From: a virus
Lineage: Duplodnaviria; Heunggongvirae; Uroviricota; Caudoviricetes
Direction: 5' to 3' (one strand)
Virus record (IMG/VR): IMGVR_UViG_3300020048_000021
Span: 41,848-105,847 of that record
DNA length: 64,000 bases
Under the pieces are notes generated by a model. The model was not told the DNA's origin. It did no database searches and was given only the letters and a program-made list of their open reading frames with translations. The translations under genes and the position numbers were made by a program. Positions 8,581 through 16,782 of this stretch are shown piece after piece. Numbering within the stretch: position 1 is the first letter of the stretch; the number at the start of each line of letters is the position of its first letter.

Positions 8581-10141
8581 TATGAGTGATAATAATTTAG
8601 TTAGAACAAAAAGCAGAAAGATAGATATAACACAAGATCAAGTAAATGAGATCATCAAGTGCTGTCATCCTCAAACGGGATATCGATACTTTATGGAGAA
8701 TTATTTTTATATACAGCATCCTAAGTTAGGACAATTGTTGTACACCCCCTATCCGTTTCAAATCGGATTGATTGATAACTATCATACTAACAGATTTTCA
8801 GTAAGTATGATGTCAAGACAAACCGGTAAGACTACTAGTGCCGCTGGTTATCTATTATGGTTTGCAATGTTTCATCCTGATCAAACAGTATTAATTGCCG
8901 CTCACCAATATAGTGGAGCGCAAGAGATCATGGATCGTATTCGTTATGGCTACGAGTTTTGCCCAATGTGGTTAAAAGCAGCAGTCGAAACATACAACAA
9001 GGGTAATATTGACTTTGCGAATAAAAGTAGAATTGTAGCAAGAGCAACCACTGAAAAGACCGGTCGTGGTATGTCGCTGTCATTATTATATCTAGACGAG
9101 TTCGCTTTCGTTCGCCCTAGTATAGCAAAAGAGTTCTGGACTGCCATTTCACCTACACTATCAACTGGTGGTAAATGTATTATTACATCTACTCCTAACA
9201 GTGATGAAGATCAATTTTCAAAAATATGGCGTGAAGCTAACAAGAAAGTTGATGCCTATGGCAATGCAACTAAATTGGGTGCTAATGGTTATTCAGCATA
9301 TAAGGCATATTGGTGGGAACATCCTGATCGTGATGAAGAATGGAAAGCAAGAGAAATTGCTCAAATTGGTGAAGATAGATTTAGACGAGAACACGAACTT
9401 GAATTTATTATTGATGAAGAAACACTAATAGACAACATTAAATTGACTGAATTGTCAAGCAAAGAACCATTGTATAAAACTGGTCAAGTCAGATGGTTCA
9501 AGAAACCAACTAAAGATCGAATATATGTAGTGGCATTAGATCCTAGTTTAGGTACAGGTGGTGATCCATCTGCCATACAAGTATTCGAAGCAGATACTAC
9601 TACTCAAGTAGCAGAATGGCGACACAATAAAACTACTATTCCAGAACAAATAAAAATATTAAGTGAAATAAACGAGCATATTATCGAATGTACTAATCAA
9701 CCTAATCACTTGTATTATAGTTTAGAAAATAATACAATTGGAGAAGCAGCATTAATATCATTGCAAGAATTTGGAGAAGATAAGATTCACGGAAATATGA
9801 TTAGTGAACCTAAAAAATTAGGTAGCGTCAAAAGATATCGTCGTGGATTCACAACTACCAATCGTAGTAAGCTAGAAGCATGTAGCAAATTAAAGAATCT
9901 GATTGAAAGTAAAAAGATGAAAATATCAAGCGAATTGTTGATATCAGAACTCAAGACATTTGTGGCAAGTGGTGGTAGTTATGCTGCCAAGATTGGAGAC
10001 ACTGATGATTTGGTAATGTCAACACTATTGGCTGTGAGAATATTTCAACATCTACAAAGTTTTCATGTTAATATCAATAAGCATATCAGAGATCACGGTG
10101 AAATGATAGCTCCAATGCCATTCATCGCGATGATAGGTTAA
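8558..10141 (+). CDS. terL: terminase large subunit (T4 gp17-like); true start probably ATG 8582
   Basis: YPFQ, Walker A SRQTGKTT, Walker B LYLDEFAF, TSTPN, nuclease ALDPSLGTGGD, DDLVMS. Confidence 0.95.
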   Translation: MKTRLENNMSDNNLVRTKSRKIDITQDQVNEIIKCCHPQTGYRYFMENYFYIQHPKLGQLLYTPYPFQIGLIDNYHTNRFSVSMMSRQTGKTTSAAGYLLWFAMFHPDQTVLIAAHQYSGAQEIMDRIRYGYEFCPMWLKAAVETYNKGNIDFANKSRIVARATTEKTGRGMSLSLLYLDEFAFVRPSIAKEFWTAISPTLSTGGKCIITSTPNSDEDQFSKIWREANKKVDAYGNATKLGANGYSAYKAYWWEHPDRDEEWKAREIAQIGEDRFRREHELEFIIDEETLIDNIKLTELSSKEPLYKTGQVRWFKKPTKDRIYVVALDPSLGTGGDPSAIQVFEADTTTQVAEWRHNKTTIPEQIKILSEINEHIIECTNQPNHLYYSLENNTIGEAALISLQEFGEDKIHGNMISEPKKLGSVKRYRRGFTTTNRSKLEACSKLKNLIESKKMKISSELLISELKTFVASGGSYAAKIGDTDDLVMSTLLAVRIFQHLQSFHVNINKHIRDHGEMIAPMPFIAMIG

Positions 10142-10144
10142 AAT

Positions 10145-10152
10145 GATAAATA
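10145..10152 (+). promoter_or_regulatory. late promoter GATAAATA
   Basis: Heads the 10176-16733 run of coupled ORFs. Confidence 0.7.
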
Positions 10153-10175
10153 ATAGACAAACTAGGTAACCCATC

Positions 10176-11681
10176 ATGCCAAAAAGCAGAGAATCAGTCA
10201 ACGTAGAATTAAATGATCTATTAACAACCAAAGGATTTAAAGTTAAACCACTTTCTAGCTCAGGTGAAAACGCTGTTGTGCCAGAAAAGGCAGAAGCGTT
10301 TGAATTTAATTTTAAAAGTGGTGATAAAAATTACGGAACGGTCGATATTACGATAGATGATCAAAATAATTTAATTGTTTACTATAATACCGAAGTTACA
10401 AGAGCGTTAGATGAAGACGAGGACAATGGGGGCTGGGTTAGTTTTATCAGACAATTAAGAAGTTTTGCTGTTCGTCGTGGACTTAAAGTAAAATTAGATG
10501 ACTTGGATAATATCGATTCAGATATGGCAGTAAGAGAGCATAATAGAAAGCTAGACGAAGGTTACTATGGAACTCGTCAGACAAGCTACAGTGACAATGG
10601 CCCAGCCGCTATCAAGATGATCATTAAGCACAACAAGGCTTTAGATGAAAACGATGCTAGATATCGTTATGTTGAAAGAATCTTTTTAGAAAACGAACAC
10701 GGCGAACGAGTTCTTGTGCCTAGTACTAGACCGGGAATTGGTCGTATATTTGCTAGACATCTAGCAGAGGGCGGTCTTCACAATGATGAACGATGGAAGC
10801 ATATTACCGAAATAGTAGAAGATGCTAAAAAGCTGAGTGGATTTGTTAGAGCTACAAAAACAAAACAATTTAATGAAAGCGTGCAGCGAATTGTAGTAGA
10901 AGCTACAGAACATTACAAATTCTTAAGAGAAACTCTTAAGAGATTGACTAGTGTTCGTGGATACAATAACTATTTTGAAAGTTGGACTCCTACTCTGATG
11001 GAAGATTCAGATGATTCTAGTCTAATGGAATTATTTAAAAATAGCTCGGTTGATTCTAGAATAGAAAGTGCTCTTCCTGTATTAAATAAATTAAATTTAA
11101 ACATAACAGAGACTTCGGGTGCTTCGATGTTTGAAAATTGGGCTGATAATATCTTAGATGAAATGTTAAGTCCATCACAGCCAGGACAACGTGGAGACTT
11201 GATTGAGTTACTTGGCCCTGATAGTGAATTTTTGGCTTTGGGACCTGACGCAAAAAATGCACTTGGCGAATTGAATGGATTAATTGAGAATGATAAGCTT
11301 TATGCTAGATTACGTAGAGCGGCCTCTAGAGATACTAATAGAGATGCTCGTAGTATAATTATAGCGTGGATGAGTGAGCAACGTGGCGATGAATATCATG
11401 ACATCTTAGATCAGATAGAGCCACAAAGTGATGATACTGAAGTACCAGCTGAAGCACCAGCTCCTCCAGCTTCACCAGCTCCTCCGAAAGAAGAGCCAGA
11501 GTCAGAAGAAGAGTCAGAAGAAGAGCCAGAAGAAGAGCCAGAAGAAGAACCAGCTGCTCCAGAGATGTCTCAGATTCCGGCACTAAGTGGAGGAAATCAA
11601 GTAAAAGAACATCAACAGAAAAATAATTCAACTAAACTTTCTGAATCACTACAACGAATTAAAAAATTGAGCGGACTATGA
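10176..11681 (+). CDS. hypothetical prohead core/scaffold-like protein
   Basis: Acidic, many LxE sites, Glu/Pro-rich linker, C-terminal LSESLQRIKKLSGL. Confidence 0.55.
   Translation: MPKSRESVNVELNDLLTTKGFKVKPLSSSGENAVVPEKAEAFEFNFKSGDKNYGTVDITIDDQNNLIVYYNTEVTRALDEDEDNGGWVSFIRQLRSFAVRRGLKVKLDDLDNIDSDMAVREHNRKLDEGYYGTRQTSYSDNGPAAIKMIIKHNKALDENDARYRYVERIFLENEHGERVLVPSTRPGIGRIFARHLAEGGLHNDERWKHITEIVEDAKKLSGFVRATKTKQFNESVQRIVVEATEHYKFLRETLKRLTSVRGYNNYFESWTPTLMEDSDDSSLMELFKNSSVDSRIESALPVLNKLNLNITETSGASMFENWADNILDEMLSPSQPGQRGDLIELLGPDSEFLALGPDAKNALGELNGLIENDKLYARLRRAASRDTNRDARSIIIAWMSEQRGDEYHDILDQIEPQSDDTEVPAEAPAPPASPAPPKEEPESEEESEEEPEEEPEEEPAAPEMSQIPALSGGNQVKEHQQKNNSTKLSESLQRIKKLSGL
11490..11552 (+). 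repeat. 12-bp in-frame tandem repeat (T/C)CAGAAGAAGAG encoding (S/P)EEE
   Basis: About five imperfect units seen directly. Confidence 0.8.
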
Positions 11682-12856
11682 GAGCAAAACAATTCATCAT
11701 TGAAAATTCAGAGCCGGTAGGTAGAGAATTTCAACACATCGAAGATTTGGCGTATATATACGGCCCAGAAGGCGCCATACGTGCTATAGAAAGATTAATT
11801 AGAATTAATCAAGATAGCGGACATATGGAAGTTAAGTGGGACGGTAGCCCAGCAATTATATTCGGTCGAGACGAAAAAGGACAGTTTCACTTTGGTGATA
11901 AATTCAGTCGTCAACTTAACACTAGCTCAGAAATGTTATACAAACAGTATGAGCCTAAAGATGCCAACAACGATGATCGTAGAAAATTTGCTGGAGAGAT
12001 GATGGCTTTATATAAACTATATGAAGAAGCAACTCCAATTGAGTATCGTGGATTCTTAGAGTGTGGATTACTATATAAAGTCAGACCAAAATTGGAAAAT
12101 GGAGAATTTTCATTTCAGCCTAATACAGTAATTTATCACGTAGATGCTAATAGTAAGTTGGGACAAATGATAGGTCATAGTACCAGCGCCGCCGCAGCCA
12201 CAGCATATTTTAAAATAATTCCTGGAATGGGCGGTCAACGTGAAGCAGTTGGTGACAAACATGTAGGAATTGGAAGTAGAAGCGTTCTTATTATTCCTCC
12301 TAAATTTACCGAAGTTCAGGCAAACGTTCCAATTGAAAAACTTAAAAGAGTAGAGACTTTTATTAAACAATCTGCTCCTAGAATGGAAGAATTTTTAACA
12401 CCTAGCGAAGAATGGGTACAAACATTTAGAAATGCAGAACAAGCTGGCCCTGCATGGCGTCAAGTTATTTACAAATACGTAAACAGTCAGGTAGATACGC
12501 CGGGAGCATTAGATTCACTAGGATCAAACATGAGTCAATGGGCAACTACTGATATTATATTGACTACTCGTCGTCGACCAATTGCTATTGATAAAATAAA
12601 AAGCAGTCAAAGCGGGTTAAGAGCAACGTTCTTAGTAGTTCGTGCTATTATGCATTTGAAAGATATGGTTATTGATCAAATAGAAAAACCGACACTTGGA
12701 ACTCTTGGCATTAGAGCAGAATTGCCATTTGACTATGGATCAGGAGGTGAAGGATTCGTTAGTGACCCAGCAGGCGGAGTTCAACCATTAAAATTTGTCA
12801 AACGTTCTGGATTTACAGCAGCAAATCGTTATCAAAATCGTGGCGGGAAATCGTGA
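11678..12856 (+). CDS. ATP-dependent RNA-ligase/capping-enzyme-like nucleotidyltransferase (DUF6267-like) with CTS-like N-terminus
   Basis: Motif I KWDG, motif IV GEGFV, motif V LKFVKR. Confidence 0.6.
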   Translation: MRAKQFIIENSEPVGREFQHIEDLAYIYGPEGAIRAIERLIRINQDSGHMEVKWDGSPAIIFGRDEKGQFHFGDKFSRQLNTSSEMLYKQYEPKDANNDDRRKFAGEMMALYKLYEEATPIEYRGFLECGLLYKVRPKLENGEFSFQPNTVIYHVDANSKLGQMIGHSTSAAAATAYFKIIPGMGGQREAVGDKHVGIGSRSVLIIPPKFTEVQANVPIEKLKRVETFIKQSAPRMEEFLTPSEEWVQTFRNAEQAGPAWRQVIYKYVNSQVDTPGALDSLGSNMSQWATTDIILTTRRRPIAIDKIKSSQSGLRATFLVVRAIMHLKDMVIDQIEKPTLGTLGIRAELPFDYGSGGEGFVSDPAGGVQPLKFVKRSGFTAANRYQNRGGKS

Positions 12857-13656
12857 AAATAAGAGAGCTATTAGCTGAGTCAGTTCAGAAAACTGGAAAT
12901 AATGATTCCGCTGTAGTAGGGTGGGGACGTGGAATGGGACACAAAGGGCATATGTACTTGGCTCATGCGGTCATATCTACGGCTCATAGATTGAACGCTG
13001 ATCCCTATTTTATCGTAAGTGAAACCATTGGAAAAGACGACCCGTTGATGCCCGATGAGAAATTGGAAATTTATCGTACTGTATTTCCTAATCACGCTAA
13101 TGTATTTCAAACTGCTAAAAATTTAATTGATGTATTACATGAATTAAACAATAGCGGATATAAAAACTGTATGGTTATGGTCGGAGAAGATCAGAAGAAC
13201 GAATTTCAATATTTACTCAGATACAATGGAAAACCAGCAAAAACAACTGGCAATATTATATATAATTTCGACAAATTAACGGTAATAAGTCGTCAAGAAT
13301 CTGGAGATAAATATGCTAACGAAGCTGGCCCTAGAGCTACTCCAATGAGAGATATATTAAAAGATCCAGAAGCCACTTATGAACAAAAATTTGATTTATG
13401 GCGTAGTAGTATGCCGTCAAAGTTAGATGATGGAGAGGTAGAACATTATATGCAACTTGCAGCAGAACGAATGGGATTTCCAGTAGAACAAGGATTAGAC
13501 GAGGCAGATAATCCAAACAATGGCGGAGCGGGAATGGGAAGTCAAAGTGCTATTCCTGGAACTCCAACTGATCTATCAACTAATGAACCAACTCCCAGAG
13601 AACGTAAAATTGCTGCAATAAACAATAGAAATACAGAAAAATTCATGGGTCACTAA
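12853..13656 (+). CDS. HIGH-motif (cytidyltransferase-like) nucleotidyltransferase with CTS-like N-terminus
   Basis: GWGRGMGHKGH (HxGH), DPL..EK, MVGEDQ, RATPMR; GTGA overlap with upstream gene. Confidence 0.8.
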   Translation: MKIRELLAESVQKTGNNDSAVVGWGRGMGHKGHMYLAHAVISTAHRLNADPYFIVSETIGKDDPLMPDEKLEIYRTVFPNHANVFQTAKNLIDVLHELNNSGYKNCMVMVGEDQKNEFQYLLRYNGKPAKTTGNIIYNFDKLTVISRQESGDKYANEAGPRATPMRDILKDPEATYEQKFDLWRSSMPSKLDDGEVEHYMQLAAERMGFPVEQGLDEADNPNNGGAGMGSQSAIPGTPTDLSTNEPTPRERKIAAINNRNTEKFMGH

Positions 13657-13658
13657 CT

Positions 13659-16600
13659 ATGAAATTGTACGAATTATTCAATGAAAAAAGAAATGTACAA
13701 CTGAATGAAGTTAATATGAGTTCTAGTGCATTAAAATCTTGGGCAAAAAAACATGCTAGTGGCATGAAAGCGGGGTTTGAAGCAGAGCTAATATTTAAAG
13801 ATATGCTTAACCCTACAGTAGATGATGAAGAAGATCAAGATCGAGAACCTGATTATGATAGAGATGAGCGAGCCAATACTATAGATCAAATCCTAGAGTT
13901 TTTTAGTCCATTACTTGATTTATCCACGAGAAACTCTGCTGAACAACAAATGCACGATTCTTACACTGAATGGAGAGACACTGCAGTACTTGAGGAATTT
14001 GCTGAACAGGCACGTGACTTGATAAGAGACTATATTAAAGCTGATCTTCGCTGGGAATATTCTGAAAAAATTCATGAATATTTTGTTAATGAACTGGGTA
14101 AAACTTCAGAAGAAGCAACTGATATAATGAATGATCCAGATCGCACTGATAATGATGAGTACATATTTGTAAAAAGAGAAGTATCAGATCAATTAACTCA
14201 ATTAGTTGAACGTTCTATGAGAGATCATGATGGAAACTGGCAGGGAGCTTATGACGAGTTTATAGAAAACTGGGAAGCTTCTGAAAGAAGTTGGTTGAGA
14301 AATATTGGTATCTTTAATATGCGTGATGTAGGCTCAAGATTTTCATTCGCGAATGAATGGCCATATTGGAGTCGAGTAAATAACTCTGCCCCTGCAGATG
14401 GTCACTATCATGTAGGACATGCTCTTATTTTGGCAGGTAGTCTAGAAAAAACACTAGGTGTAAAAACACAAGTAGAATCTGGTACTAGAGGCTCCGCAGC
14501 AAAACGTAATACTCCATCTGATGTTTGGGTATTTGAAGCAGATGGTAGCTTAAATTCAACTAATAGCGAAGACATGCCCGTGGAAATTGTTAGCCCACCT
14601 ATGTCTCTAGAAGAAACTCTAGCAATTATGCCTAAGTTCTTTGAATGGGCAAAAAGTCACAAAGCCTATGCTAATAAAAGTACTGGAATACACATGAGTG
14701 TTAGTATGCCAGAACACAGTGGTAATGATTTAGATTACGTTAAGGCAGCATTATTTTTGGGTGATCAATACATACTAGAACAGTTTGGTCGAACTGCCAA
14801 TTCATATGCTCAGTCGGCAATGAAAAATATTAAAGATATTATTAACTCAAGCAGATCAAGAACTGTTATACCAAGACCAGATAATAAAATTGAGCAAGCA
14901 TTTAAACAAATGCGAACAGAGTTAAATTCTTTAGCTACAAATGCATTTGCCTCTTCTGCCGGATATGGTAAGTATTTTACGATTAATCCCAAAGACAAGT
15001 ACATTGAATTTCGTTCAGCTGGTGGAGTAGATTACGTTAATAATATTTCTAAGCTACAAAATACAATGTTACGTTATGCACGTGCAATGAGTATAGGCAT
15101 GGATGTCAATGCAGAAAAGCAAGAGTATGCTAAGAAATTATATAAGTTATTAGGTGATGTTACATTACAAAAAGATTCTGATGGTAAAGTAACAACTGTA
15201 TCTAAACAAGATCCAATTTGGTATTTTTCTCAATATGTAGCTAATGAATTGCCACGAGCAGCATTAAAAAGTTTTATTAAACAAATTCAAAGCACTCGTA
15301 AGCTTTATAAAAAGTCAGATAAAGGCGAGAACATGTTTTATAGAGTTGCATATAGAGCATACGAAGGAGGAGATCGTCAAGGTGGGCCACAAACAACTGT
15401 TCAGGCCAGTAGTCAAGATGAAGCTATAGCTTTGGCTCGTGCAGAATGGCACATATCTCCAGAAACTCATCGAGGATGGCAAAATTCTGACTTTATAGCT
15501 AGACCGATAGGTTCGACTCCAACGGGCGCAGCAAATGTTACCACACAAAATAACCCCGACAATCTACCTCGATGGGAAGTATTTAATATTAACGATTTTT
15601 CATGGACGGTTCCTGGATTTGGTGATACTGAACGAGCTGCTATCATGAATGCTCTACAAAATTATCATTATAGTTTATGGACTAGAGGATCAACTGAGCC
15701 TACAGAATTTAGAGCAACATTACTATCAGATGATGCCACATCCAGACAATATGATAGTTCAAATGATATTCAGCCTGGGCATATACCGGACTATTTGCCA
15801 AATAACACTTCAGATGGAAATTGGGCAATAAGAAATAGAGATAGTAATCGTCAAGTTGGACGAGGACCAATACTGTATCAATTTCAAGCTTTGGGAAATA
15901 ATCTGGCAATTGACATAGCAATGCAGTATGCAACAGCAATAGGAGTTTCACGAGATCGTTTGTGGTTAAGTCCTATATCTGAAGTTCCACGAGAATATAG
16001 AACACAAAGATCAGAAAATCATGAAACTCGCCACCCTGTAGAATTAGACGTTAATCAAACAAGTACAACTGGATATTGGATTGTGTTTAATTCAGCCGAT
16101 GGTGTTACAAACATGGACAATCTAGCTCTTCTTCCAGCTATTACTGCACAAGATGCACAACTTGCATATCAACATTGGCTTCAAAATACTGGTTACATGC
16201 TAGGGCGTGAGGCAAGATTTTTTCTTCGCCCAGCAGATTCATATGACGTTATAGATGCACGAGATAGAAATCTTCCAGTTCCTCCCAGAATGCCGGCTAA
16301 CTCTTCACAGACTCTTGAACCAAGTAATCCTGAAGGCAATTGGGGAATAAGAGCATCAGATGGTCGTATAGTGTATCGCTTTATTAGCCACAATACCGGT
16401 ACGTTAATTGATCGTTTAAGAGCATATGCAAATGCAATAGGACAAGATTACAGAAATTATAGTATAGACAGAGTTGACCCAGAGAGTACTACTGCTGAAC
16501 CAGAACAGTCTACTAGTACGTCTACTGATCCAGATGAATCGCTACAATGGAATATTATCGACTCTGCTACTAATGAAGTTCTACATCATATTACTTTGCC

Positions 16601-16733
16601 ATCAACGACTCCGCCATCTCAAAGACATACCGATGCGTGGCAACTGGGAGTAGAATGGACAGATGATGCCAGAATTCGAGGACTTCGTATACCACGAATT
16701 GAATTAGTTCCATTGCCAATGCTGTATCCATAA
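13659..16733 (+). CDS. putative amidoligase (COOH-NH2 ligase, GCS/GS fold) paralog 1 with C-terminal repeat modules
   Basis: GFEAE, EADGS, EIVSPP, NKSTGIHMSV, KYFTIN, YIEFRSAGG. Confidence 0.8.
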   Translation: MKLYELFNEKRNVQLNEVNMSSSALKSWAKKHASGMKAGFEAELIFKDMLNPTVDDEEDQDREPDYDRDERANTIDQILEFFSPLLDLSTRNSAEQQMHDSYTEWRDTAVLEEFAEQARDLIRDYIKADLRWEYSEKIHEYFVNELGKTSEEATDIMNDPDRTDNDEYIFVKREVSDQLTQLVERSMRDHDGNWQGAYDEFIENWEASERSWLRNIGIFNMRDVGSRFSFANEWPYWSRVNNSAPADGHYHVGHALILAGSLEKTLGVKTQVESGTRGSAAKRNTPSDVWVFEADGSLNSTNSEDMPVEIVSPPMSLEETLAIMPKFFEWAKSHKAYANKSTGIHMSVSMPEHSGNDLDYVKAALFLGDQYILEQFGRTANSYAQSAMKNIKDIINSSRSRTVIPRPDNKIEQAFKQMRTELNSLATNAFASSAGYGKYFTINPKDKYIEFRSAGGVDYVNNISKLQNTMLRYARAMSIGMDVNAEKQEYAKKLYKLLGDVTLQKDSDGKVTTVSKQDPIWYFSQYVANELPRAALKSFIKQIQSTRKLYKKSDKGENMFYRVAYRAYEGGDRQGGPQTTVQASSQDEAIALARAEWHISPETHRGWQNSDFIARPIGSTPTGAANVTTQNNPDNLPRWEVFNINDFSWTVPGFGDTERAAIMNALQNYHYSLWTRGSTEPTEFRATLLSDDATSRQYDSSNDIQPGHIPDYLPNNTSDGNWAIRNRDSNRQVGRGPILYQFQALGNNLAIDIAMQYATAIGVSRDRLWLSPISEVPREYRTQRSENHETRHPVELDVNQTSTTGYWIVFNSADGVTNMDNLALLPAITAQDAQLAYQHWLQNTGYMLGREARFFLRPADSYDVIDARDRNLPVPPRMPANSSQTLEPSNPEGNWGIRASDGRIVYRFISHNTGTLIDRLRAYANAIGQDYRNYSIDRVDPESTTAEPEQSTSTSTDPDESLQWNIIDSATNEVLHHITLPSTTPPSQRHTDAWQLGVEWTDDARIRGLRIPRIELVPLPMLYP

Positions 16734-16769
16734 TCAATAACTAAAATACAGAAAAGTTTAATGTCTATA

Positions 16770-16777
16770 GATAAATA
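16770..16777 (+). promoter_or_regulatory. late promoter GATAAATA
   Basis: 5 nt before ATG 16783. Confidence 0.7.
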
Positions 16778-16782
16778 CATAT

